Positions 14,165 to 26,411 of a stretch of DNA of 64,000 bases are shown here, piece by piece. A program made the position numbers and the translations under genes. The stretch covers positions 257,360 through 321,359 of the forward strand of contig JAPDFW010000088.1 in NCBI GenBank assembly GCA_028826165.1. The letters are read 5' to 3'. Every line of letters begins with the position of its first letter. Position 1 is the first letter of the stretch. The notes below the pieces were generated by a model. It saw only the letters and a list, made by a program, of their open reading frames with translations. It was not told the DNA's origin and did no database searches. This stretch comes from Anaeramoeba ignava BMAN (lineage: Eukaryota; Protista; Anaeramoebae).

Positions 14165-14450
14165 TAATTAATTTATAATTAATTCGATTATTTAAATGTT
14201 TTTAATAAATAATTTATGTTTAATTTAATATTTTTATATTTAATTTTTTTTAAAAAATATTTACTTAATTAAAATTGTTTTTTATTTTTATTTTTTATTA
14301 AATAAATTTAATTTTAATTATTAATTTATAATTAATTTGATTACTGAAATGTTTTTAATAAATAATTTATGCTTAATTTAATATTTTTATATTTAATTTT
14401 TTTTAAAAAATATTTACTTAATTAAAATTGTTTTTATTTTTATTTTGAAA
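14165..14450. repeat. Direct duplication, about 153-bp spacing
   Basis: aaatgtttttaataaataatttatg...tttacttaattaaaattgtttttattttt occurs at about 14194 and about 14347. Confidence 0.8.
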
Positions 14451-14599
14451 AAAATGAAAAAATGTAAATAATTAAAAAGGAAATTAAATTTAATTTTTTG
14501 AATTTTTAAAATTATTTAAATTAAAAACAAATTTCCAAATTAATATTAATTCAATTTAATTCAAAAAGATAAAATTTTAATTTCAAAAATCAATTTTCA

Positions 14600-15490
14600 A
14601 AATATTTAAATAATAAAATATTTAAATCTAAAACAATAAATTATTATTTTTAATAATAAAATTAAATATTAAATTATATTTTTAAATTAATTTATAAATT
14701 AAATATTAAATTATATTTTTAAATTAATTTATAAATTAAATATTAAATTAAATCTATTCTCATTTTCTATATTTATATGTTAAATATTTAAATAATAAAA
14801 TATTTAAATCTAAAAACAATAAATTATTATTTTAAACATAAAATTAAATATTAATTTATATTTTTAAATTAATTTATAAATTAAATATTAAATTAAATCT
14901 ATTCTCATTTTTATATTTATATGTTAAATATTTAAATAATAGAATATTTAAATCTAAAACAATAAATTATTATTTTAATAATAGAATTAAATATTAAATT
15001 ATATTTTTAAATTAATTTATAAATTAAATATTAAATTAAATCTACTCTTATTTTTTATATTTATATGTTAAATATTTAAATAATAAAATATTTAAATCTA
15101 AAACAATAAATTATTATTTTTAAACATAAAATTAAATATTAAATTATATTTTTAAATTAATTTATAAATTAAATATTAAATTAAATCTATTTTTATTTTT
15201 ATATTTTTATGTTAAATATTTAAATAATAAAATATTTAAATCTAAAACATTAAATTATTATTTTAAACATAAAATTAAATATTAAATTATATTTTTAAAT
15301 TAATTTATAAATTAAATATTAAATTAAATCTATTCTTTTTTTTTATATTTATATGTTAAATATTTAAATAATAAAATATTTAAATCTAAAACAATAAATT
15401 ATTATTTTAAACATAAAATTAAATATTAAATTATATTTTTAAATTAATTTATAAATTAAATATTAAATTAAATCTATTCTCATTTTTTAA
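14600..15490. repeat. Tandem minisatellite, about 144-bp unit, about 6 copies
   Basis: The landmark aaatctatt recurs at about 14751, 14895, 15038, 15183, 15326 and 15470. Confidence 0.9.
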
Positions 15491-15801
15491 AAAATTTTTT
15501 TGGATAATTTTGTTTTATTGATTTTTTGTTTTCAAAAAAGAAAAAAGAAAAGAAAAAGATTGAATTTAAAATTGAATTTAAAATTTGATTTAAGATTGAA
15601 TTTAAAATTGAATTTAAAATTTGAATTTAAAATTTGATTTAAAAATTTGGATTTAAAATTGAATTTAAAAATTGAATTTAAAATTGAATTTAAAATTTGA
15701 TTTAAAATTGAATTTAAAATTGAATTTAAAATTTGATTTAAAATTTGATTTAAAAATTGAATTTAAAAATTGAATTTAAAAATTGGATTTAAAAATTGAA
15801 T

Positions 15802-16371
15802 TTAATTAAAAAATCCCAATTTTTTTTCCATTGTTTGATGTAAATCTAAAGATTCTTCTGGTGATTCAAATCCAGCTATTTTTATTTATAATTAAAAATT
15901 TAAAAATTAAAAATTAAAATTGTTTTTGGTTCTCAATTTAAAAATTTAAAAATTAAAAATTAAAAAAATAGAAATAAAATACAATTCAAATAATCATTAA
16001 GAGAAATAGAATCATCTTTTCCAAGTATTGTTTCTAATCCAATAAATGAAGAAGAAAGACCTGGAAGTCTCATTGGTTCTGAAAAAAATTGTTCTTCAAT
16101 CATAAATCTCATTATCATATGTTCTCCAAATGTATTTTTAGCAATTTGATAATTAGCTCTTTTTTCAAAAATTTCATTCTTTTTTATTATTAAAATTTAA
16201 ATAAAATTAAAATTAAAATTAAAATTAAAAAATAAAATTAAAAAATACATTTTTTTCAATAATTTGAACTGGATGAACAATTATATTATTTTTTGGTTTA
16301 TTTTGTATTGAATTTTCTTTAAAATATCTTTCTCCATTATTTAATGGTAAATTTTCTTGTTTTATTTCCAT
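15802..16371 (-). CDS. UMP1: Proteasome maturation factor UMP1/POMP, 3 exons
   Basis: HPVQIIEKN...KNTFGEHMIMRFMIEEQFFSEPMRLPGLSSSFIGLETILGKDDSISLNDYLN...DLHQTMEKKLG matches the POMP consensus (HPLE..QG..PLKLQME..RLPFLSSSNLSLDVLRGNDETIGFEDILN..HLMVEYKLG). Confidence 0.85.
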
Positions 16372-16469
16372 TATTATAAATTTTTGTCTTTTAAATAAAA
16401 ATGAAAAAAAAAAATGAAAAAAATTTTTTATCATTTTTTTATTTTTTTTTTTTAATAATTTAATAAGAA

Positions 16470-18708
16470 ATGATAAATAAAAAAATACTTATTTCAGGAG
16501 ATATTAATGGAGAATTTGAAAAATTTAATAAATTAATTAATAATTTAAATAAAAATAAAGGTCAATTTGATTTACTTTTAATTGTTGGAAATTTATTTAA
16601 TAATAATAAATCAAAAAATAATTATCAATCTCAATTCCAATCTTTTATTTCTTTTCAAAATGAATTATCAATTAAAACTTATTCAATTATTTCAAATGAA
16701 TATGATTTAAAAGCAATAAATGATTATCAAAATCAAAATCAAAATCAAAATCAAAATCAAAATCAAAATCAAAATCAAAATCAAAATCAAAATCAAAATC
16801 AAAATCAAAATCAAAATCAAAATCAAAATCAAAATCAAAATCAAAATCAAAATCAAAATCAAAATCAAAATCAAAATCAAAATCAAAATCAAAATCAAAA
16901 TGAAAATCAAAATGAAAAAATAATACATTTTTTGAAAGAAACAGGAATAATTATTGATAAAGATATTTCAATCGGATTCATTTCATTTTCAAATTATTTT
17001 GATGAAGAAAAAATCAAAAAGAAATTTGAAACATTTATTAAATCATGGGGAATGATAGATATTCTTTTAAGTTATAAATGGCCAATGAATATTATTGAAT
17101 TTGATGATGAAAATCCAATGATAACAACAAAAGTTCATGAATTTAGTGAAAATGGATCTTTATTAATTCAAAATATTTCAATTAAATCAAAACCAAGATA
17201 TCATTTTACTTCATCAAAAGATTTCTATTTTGAAAGGTTTTTTTAATTTTTTATTTTTAATTTTTTTAATTTTTAAATTTTAAGTTTTTAATTTTTTTAT
17301 AAAAAAAAATATAAATAGAAATCCATATTTTTATTCAAGCAAATCACATATTTCAAGATTCATTTCATTAGCTGAATTTCAAAATACAAAAAAACAAAAA
17401 TATTTATATGCTCTTAATTTATTACCATTAAATCAAATTGAAAAAGAAAAACTTTATCAACATCCTCAAAATTCAACAATTTCTCCTTTTAAAAAAATTG
17501 AAAATGAAATGAATCAAAATCAAAATCAAAATCAAAATCAAAACCAAAATCAAAATCAAAATCAAGATCAAAATCAAAATCAAAATCAAAATAAAAATCA
17601 AAATCAAAATCAAAATCAAAATAAAAATCAAAATCAAAATCAAAATCAAAATCAAAATCAAAATCAAAATCAAAATCAAAATCAAAATCAAAATCAAAAT
17701 CAAAATCAAAATCAAAATCAAAATCAAAATCAAAATCAAAATCAAAATAAAAATCAAAATCAAAATCAAGAAAAAATTGGAATTGAAGAACAAATTTATC
17801 GAGAAAATTTTCCATTTCTTTTTAATAATTCAAATAATCCAAATTGGAAATTTCAACAAACAAATTCAATTTCCAAATTAAAAAAAGGAAATCAAAATTC
17901 AAATCAATTAAGAAATCCAAATCAATTAAGAAATCCAAATCAATTAAGAAATCAAAGAAATGAAAATAAAAAAAGAAACAAATATCCAAAACAAACAAAT
18001 GAAAACAAAAAAACAAAAGAAGATACAAATCAAGAATGTTGGTTTTGTTTATCATCATCTTCTTGTGAAACACATTTAATTGTAAATATTGGAGAAGATA
18101 TTTATCTTGCATTACCAAAAGGAGGAATTATCAAAGAAGATTGTTTAATTCTTCCAATTAATCATATTCCAAATTTTGTTTCATTCAATGAAAAAGCACA
18201 AAAAGAAACATTAAAATTAATTGAATCACTTCGTTCTTTTTTTCAAAATCAAAATCAAAACCAAAATATTTTAATTTTCGAAAGATCAATTCAATTTAAA
18301 ACCAAAAAATTTCAACATGGATTAATTCAAATATTTCCAATTCCAAAAAATAAAGAAACAGAAACAAATATTATTGAAACTAAAATTCAAGAATTCATAA
18401 ACAGAAAAAAATATCCAATTCAATTTGAAGAAATAAAAATGAAAGATTTTTTAATAAAATTTAAAAGTGAAGATGAATATTTGTGGATTCAATTACCAAA
18501 TCAAAAGAATTTAATTACAAAAATTCAAAATCAAGAACAAAAAAAAATTATTATGAATTTTTCAAGAGAATTTGTTTGCGATTTAATTAATAAACCAGAA
18601 AGATTAAATTGGAAAGAATGTGAAGAATCAAAAAAAGAACAAGAAGATAATACAAATCAATTTAGAGAAAAATTTCAAAAATTTATTCAAAAACAAAAAC
18701 AAAATTAA
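16470..18708 (+). CDS. CWF19L1: CWF19-like protein 1 (Drn1): metallophosphoesterase-like N-domain plus CwfJ C-terminal domain, 2 exons, poly-NQ inserts
   Basis: [24 protein letters not shown]; [10 protein letters not shown]; KPRYHF; SRFISLA; [37 protein letters not shown]; [22 protein letters not shown]. Confidence 0.9.
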
Positions 18709-19150
18709 AATTAAAATTAAAATTAAAATTAAAATTAAAATCAAAATTAAAATTTAAAATTTAAAATTAAAATTAAAATTAAAATTAAAATTAAAATTAA
18801 AATTAAAATTAAAATCAAAATTAAAATTAAAAACAAAATTATAAATTTAAATTAAAATTAAAATTAAAATTAAAATTAAAATTAAAATTAAAAACAAAAT
18901 TATAAATTTAAATTAAAATTAAAATTAAAATTAAAATTAAAATTAAAATTAAAATCTAAATTAAAATTAAAATTAAAATTAAAATTAAAATTAAAATTAA
19001 AATTAAAATTAAAATTAAAATCAAAATTAAAATTAAAATTTAAAATTAAAATCAAAATCGGATAATTTTTTAAATTAAAAAATATTTATTTTCATTTTTT
19101 TATTTTCATTTTTTTTTTCTTTTCAAAAATTTTAAAATTTAAAATAAAAA

Positions 19151-21577
19151 ATGAATGAAAAAAAAATAATAAAAAATAAAAAAGAATGGATAAAACAATT
19201 TCAAAAAGGAATTGAAGAAATTGAAATTAATTCACTTAAATTTACAGAAATGTTAAAACAAATGAATGAAAATACAACAGGAATGATTAATTATTTTACA
19301 GAACTTGAAAGAATTAAAAATCAATTTTCAAAACTTAAATTTACATTTTTAGAACTTGCAACAAAAAAAGAATTTTTTGAAAAACTTATTTCTTTTAAAA
19401 ATATTTCAGAAATTGAAAAAGAAATTGAAAAACAAAATTTAAAAGAAAATTTACAAGAAAATGAAGATTTAAAAGAAAAAAAAGAAAAATCAAAACAGAA
19501 AAAAGAAATAAATAAAAAGAATTTAGAAGAATTAATGGATAAATTTGCTTCAAGTATTTCCAAATTAAATTTATTAATAATATTATTTAAAATATAAATA
19601 TAAATATAAATATTAATATAAATATAAATATAAATATAAATATAAATATAAATATAAATATAAATATAAATATAAATATAAATATAAATATAAAATAAAT
19701 AAATATAAATATAAATATAAATATAAATATAAATATAAATATAAATATAAATATAAATATAAATATAAATATAAATATAAATATAAATATAAATATAAAT
19801 ATAAATATAAATATAAATATAAATATAAATATAAATATAAATATAAATATAAATATAAATATAAATATAAAATATAAATATAAATATAAATATAAATATA
19901 AATATAAATATAAAAATATAAATATAAAATAAACATAAATATAAATATAAATATAAATATAAATATAAATATAAATATAAATATAAATATAAATATAAAT
20001 ATAAATATAAATATAAATATAATATAAATATAAATATAAATTATAAATATAAAATAAATAAACAAATATAAATATAAATATAAATATAAATATAAATATA
20101 AATATAAAATATAAAATAAATATAAATATAAATATAAATATACATAAATATAAATATAAATATAAATATAAATAAATATAAATATAAATATAAATATAAA
20201 TATAAATATAATTATAAATATAAATATATAATTATAAATATAAATATAATTATAAATATAAATATAAATATAAATATAAATATAAATATAAATATAAATA
20301 TAAATATAAATATAAATATAAATATAAATATAAATATAAATATAAATATAAATATAAATATAAATATAAATATAAATATAAATATAAATATAAATATAAA
20401 TATAAATATAAATATAAATATAAATATAAATATAAATATAAATATAAATATAAATATAATTATAAATATAAATATAAATCTAAATAAATATAAATATAAA
20501 TATAAATATAAATCTAAATATAAATATAAATATAAATATTTGAAATATTTTAAATAGGTTATGAAAGAGTAAATCAAATTAGAGAAGAAAGTATGGAAAA
20601 AATAAAAGAAATCAAACAAATATTTGAAAATCAAAAAGAAATTAATAAAATGAAAGAAATAATTGAAAAGAAAAATGAAGAAATTACAAAACAAAAACAA
20701 GAAATTGAAAGAATTCAAGAAGAAATTGAATTAATTCAAAATGATTTAATTGATTTACAAAGAAAATTTGCACCAAATCAAAAAACACTTGATAATATTT
20801 CAGAAAAAGTTAAACAAATAAAATATATTAATGAATGGTATAAACAAATGAATCAAACATTTTCAAATATTTCTGGTATTTATATTTTAGAAACTATTAT
20901 TGATCAAAATCAAAATCAAAATCAAAATCAAATTCTGAAATTGAAAATTAAAGTTTATAATGAAAAAAATGAATGTAAAATTTAAATTGAAAAAATTTAT
21001 TTATTTCTTTTCTTTGAATTAAAATAATTTTATTTTGGTTTTTTTCTTATATATATATATATAAAATAGATATTGATTATTTAATAGATTTAGAATTTAT
21101 TAAAGATAAAATTATAAGAATTGAAATTGAACCAAATAATTTTCCAAATCAAGATATTATTGAATATTCTAAAGAAAAAAATGATTTAAATTTTTTAATT
21201 CGAGAAATTAGAAATAGAATTATAAATTATCAAAAAACAAAACAAGAAATTGAAGAATTAAATCAAAAATATGATATTCAATTAATTCAAAATGAAAATC
21301 AAGATCAACAACAAATTTTACAAGTTAAAATTGGAGAAATGATTTTAAAATTAATTATTGAACAAGATTATCCAAATGAATATTCATCAATTCATTTAAA
21401 AGAAACGAATTTTGAATTATCTCCTTTTTTAAAAGTAATTTTTTATTTTTAATTTTAATTTAAATTTAATTTTTAAATTTTAAATTTTAATTTTAAATTT
21501 TTAATTAGGAATCATTATTTGATAAACCAGGTATTAAATTAAGTGAAATTCTTGATAAAATTAATTTTAAAAAATAA
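19151..21577 (+). CDS. Zwint-1/Sos7/Kre28-like kinetochore protein (coiled coil plus C-terminal RWD-like region), 4 exons
   Basis: [26 protein letters not shown] resembles the Sos7 motif (FSKLRFSYVEQVTKEKF), followed by a long coiled coil and then [36 protein letters not shown] (RWD-type YP motif). Confidence 0.55.
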
Positions 21578-22211
21578 TTTTTTCTTTTTTCCTTTTTTTT
21601 TTTTTTTTTAAAATTTTTTTTTTCCGATTTTTAATTTTAATTTTTAATAATAATAAAAAAAAAAATTTAATCAAAAAATTTAAAATTAAATTTAAATCAA
21701 AGAATTAAAATTAAAAATTAAAAATTAATTCCTTTTCATTTTTTATTTTTTAATTTTTATTTTTTTTAAATTAAAAAAATAAAATTGAAAAAATAAAAAA
21801 TGTGAACTTTTTAAATAAAAAATAAAATTAATAAAATTAATAAAATTTATAAATAAAGAGACATTAAAATAATCTAATTTTAATTTTTTAAAATCAATTT
21901 CAATTTAAATTAAAATTAAAAAATTAAATTTCAAAATTAAAAAATTAAAAAAAATTTTTTCATTTTTTTTTTTTCATTTTTTTTTTCATTCATTTTTTTT
22001 CTTTATTATTAATAATAATTTAATTTAATTAATAATAAAAAAAGAATCACAAAACATTAAAAAAATTAAATTAAATTAAATTAAATTCATTTTATTTAAA
22101 TTTTTTTGATTAAAATTTTTATAAAACAAAAAATCAATCAAATTTTATCAATTTAATTTAATCTTCATTTTAAAAAACAAAATAACAATAAATAACAATT
22201 AAAAATTAATA

Positions 22212-24548
22212 ATGGAAGCACAAAAGCAAAGGAATTATTATGTTTTTGAAATTAAAAAAGTAAAATTTATTATTAAATTTATTATAAATTAAATTATTAA
22301 ATTAAAATTTATTATTTTTATTTTAGTCAAATCAAAATATAATTGAAATACTTAAAAAATTTGGAGAAATTGAAAAATATGGAATTCTTAGTTATGATAA
22401 AAGTCCAAAAATTTGGGGATGGGTTAAATTTTCTAAAATTAAAAAATCATTTGAAAGTGATGATTCTATTAATGTAAAAATTTAAAATCAAAATTAAAAT
22501 CAAAATTAAAATTAAAATCAAATTTAAAATCAAAAATTAAAATCAAATTCAAATTTAAAATCAAAAATTAAAATCAAAATTAAAATTAAAATTAAAATTA
22601 AAATTAAAATTAAAATCAAAATCAAAATTAAAATTAAAATTATAATTAAAATTAAAATCAAAATCAAAATTAAAAATTAAAATTAAAAATCAAAATCAAA
22701 ATCAAAATTAAAATCAAAATCAAAATCAAAATCAAAATTAAAATTAAAATTAAAATCAAAATCAAAATCAAAATTAAAATTAAAATCAAAAAATCAAAAT
22801 CAAATTTTAAAAATCAAAATCAAAATCAAAAACCAAAATCAAAATCAAAATTAAAATTTAAAATCGAAAATGAAAAATAAAAATCAAAATCAAAATCAAA
22901 ATCAAAATCAAAAATCAAAATCGAAATTAAAATTTAAAATCAAAATTAAAATCAAAATCAAAATTAAAATCAAAATCAAAATTAAAATCAAATTTAAAAT
23001 TAAAATCAAAATCAAAATCAAAATCAAAATTAAAATCAAAATTAAATTCAAAATTAAAATCAAAATTAAAATCAAAATTAAAATCAAAATTAAAATCAAA
23101 ATCAAAATTAAAATCAAAATCAAAATCAAAATCAAAATCAAAATTAAAATCAAAATTTAAAATCAAAATCCAAAAATAGCTTTTTGTTAGAAGAAATCCA
23201 TTTTATGAATGCAAATATTGTCATAAAAGACTAGAACCACAATATTTAATAATTTGTGATAATTGTGGAAAATTTTATTGTTTTAATTGTGTTATTGATT
23301 TATTAAAAAAATATGGAACTGAATATAAATGCCAATGTGATCAAAAATTAATTAATATTGAATCAATAGTTGGAAAAGAAAATATTCCAAAATTGATAGA
23401 AGAATCAAAAAAATTAACAGAAAAAGAATATGAAGATATTTTAAAGAAAACAAAAGAATCAGAAGAAGAACATCAAAATCAAAATCAAAATCAAAATCAA
23501 AATCGAAATCGAAATCGAAATCGAAATCAAAATCAAAATCAAAATCAAAATGAAAATCAAAATCAAAATTATAATCAAAATCAAAATTATAATCAAAATC
23601 GAAATCAATATCAAAATAGAAATCAAAATCGAAATCATAATAAAAATTATAATCAAAATCAATATCAAAAGCAAGATAAAAATCAAAATCAAAATCCAAA
23701 TGGATGCAAATTTTTTTATAATTCAAAAATAAATTGGTGTTATAATTATGAACATTGGAAAAATAAAGCACAAAATCCAAATCTTCATCCAGTTAATGAA
23801 TGTATTTGCTTCAATTTATCTAATTGTAAGAATGATAATTGTCCATTTTGTCATCCAAATCCAATTAGAAAAGATATTGAAAAAGCACAACAAAATTTTC
23901 ATTCATATTCAGATAATTTAACATTAGATAAAGTTAAATTTAGATCATTTTATCGAGATACTCGAACAAAAAAGATTTTTAATCGTAAAATATTTATAAA
24001 TTCCAAAATATAAATTAATTCCAAAATATTTATAATTTCAAAATATAATTTAATTACAAAATACAATTTAATTACAAAATATAATTTAATTACAAAATAT
24101 AATTTAATTTAATTTAATTTCAATATTTTAATTAGAATGTCGTGAATTTATAAAAACAGGAACTTGTTCAAATTATAATTGTCCTTACGAACATAAATAT
24201 TACAAAATACTCCCATTTAAAAAAAATTATCCAATACAAAGAGAAAGAAAAAAAAAGTTTAAAAGATCAACTGAAAATCAAATTCAATTTCGAAATCAAA
24301 ATCAAAATCAAAATCAAATTCAAATTCAATTTCAAAATCAAAATCAAAATCAAATTCAAATTCAAAACCCTATTCTCACATCATCTCAAGAATTATCAAA
24401 AGAAATAGAAAAATATTCCAAACAAATAGGTTTTAATCAAAGTAATGAAAATGATGAAAGTAATGAAAATGATGAAAGTAATGAAATTGATCCAAGTGAA
24501 TCAAATGAATCAAATGAATGGCATTCAGATTCTTCTCAATCAGATTAA
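22212..24548 (+). CDS. RRM-like + RING-like + CCCH zinc-finger protein, 4 exons
   Basis: LKKFGEIEKY..WGWVKF (RRM-like); CKYC..ICDNCGKFYCFNC..CQC (RING-like); CICFNLSNCKNDNCPFCH and CREFIKTGTCSNYNCPYEH (CCCH). Confidence 0.6.
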
Positions 24549-24661
24549 AAAAAAAAATAAAAAATTAAATTTTAAAAAAATAAAAAATTTGAACTGGCAA
24601 AAATTATTATTTTGTTTTGTAAAAAAAAAAAGCAAAAAATTATTCTTATTTTTTTTTGTTT

Positions 24662-26300
24662 TTAAATTTTAACTGTTTCAATTAATTCTTTCCAAGATTT
24701 TTCTAATTCAGCTTTTGCTCCAGATCTTGGTTTTTCTGTTATTCTAAATTCAAAAGGTCCATTTTTAAAAAGTTCTTGATCTTTTGCCCAATTAAATAAA
24801 CAAGTATCAGAAAAATGGAATGCATTTAATTCAATAACAAAAGGTTGATTTTTTGGTTCTTTTGCAATACAAAAATCAATAACATAATTGGTAAATTTTG
24901 TTGATAAACAAGGTTTGACTTCATTTTCGAAAAAATTTAAAATAATTTTTTGGATTTCTTCTTTTTGTTCAACAAGTCTTGGAGAAGAGAAGTATTGAAA
25001 ATATTGAGAAAGAGCATTAAGATTATTATTAAAAACATAACCTCTAAACTATTTTTAAATAATATTAAAATAATAAAATAAATATTATTGAAATAAATAT
25101 TATTGAAATAAATATTATTGAAATAAATATTATTGAAATAAATATTGAAATAAATATTATTGAAATAATAAAATAAATATTAAAATAAATATTAAAATAA
25201 ATATTATTAAAATATTATTAAAATAAATAATAATGAAATAAATATTATTAAAATAAATATTATTGAAATAAATATTATTGAAATATTTTTGAAATATTAT
25301 TGAAATATTATTGAAATATTATTGAAATAAATATTGAAATAAATATTATTAAAATATTATTGAAATATTTTTGAAATATTTTTGAAATATTTTTGAAATA
25401 TTATTGAAATATTTTTGAAATATTATTGAAATATTATTAAAATATTATTGAAATATTTTTGAAATATTATTGAAATATTATTAAAATATTGAAATAAATA
25501 TTATTGAAATATTATTGAAATATTATTAAAATATTATTGAAATATTATTGAAATATTATTGAAATATTATTGAAATATTTTTGAAATATTATTGAAATAT
25601 TTTTGAAATATTATTGAAATAAATCAACCTCAAGATCAGCATCAATATCAAACCAAGTTCTCAAAACAAAACTTTCGTTAAAAATATCAATATTTTCTAA
25701 TGCAATACTCATATCCATCCAAATTCTATCGCTATGAGTAACTAAGAAAATAATATCATCAGCATTTTTAACTTTCAAACAATTTTTACTAGCTTCAATT
25801 AAAGCAAATAGCTTTTCATTTTCTGAAATATCTTTAAAAGGTTTTTTCAAATCAAGAAGTTGATTTTTGTAAAATATTGGAAAATTAGGATGAAATTCAA
25901 TAGCATCTTTAGCACTTCTTGAAGACATTTTCATAAAAATACCATCTTGATTAAATTTGGAATTCGAAAGCAAATCTTTGATTTCTTGATTAAGTTTTTT
26001 TTTCAAATCATTCAATTCACTTAATTTATTTTCTTCAATTTTTCCATATTTTTTTTGTTGTTCACAACATTCTTTTAATGATTTTGCTTCTTGAATTGAA
26101 ATGGAAACAAATTTAGTTGGAAAAGTTAAATTTTTGCTTTCTAATAATTCAATCCAATTTTCAATATTAACTTCTAAAACTTGTTTTTGTCCATCTCTTA
26201 ATTCTTGTTCTGTAAAAAATCCATTTAAATTATTTTCTGTTGAATTTTGTTGAGTTTGTTTTTTGAGTTGAACTGATTTTAAAGCATTTTGCAATGACAT
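24662..26300 (-). CDS. Cdc123-like (R2K clade) ATP-grasp protein, 2 exons (25629-26300, 24662-25048)
   Basis: FMKMSSRSAKDA; SDRIWMDM; VLRTWFDIDADLE|FRGYVFNNNLNALSQY; YVIDF..FVIELNAF..TCLFNW. Confidence 0.8.
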
Positions 26301-26411
26301 TTTAAAATGAAAAAATGAAAAAATGAAAAAATGAAAAAATATTTTTTTATTAAATTTTGAATTGAATTTTGATTTAAAATTTTGATTTAAAATTTTGATT
26401 TAAAATTTTGA

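Noticed and set aside
14600-15490. Possible CRISPR-like array (also the 24-bp and 163-bp repeats)
   Set aside because: Units are contiguous with no unique spacers, no cas genes are present, and the context is eukaryotic
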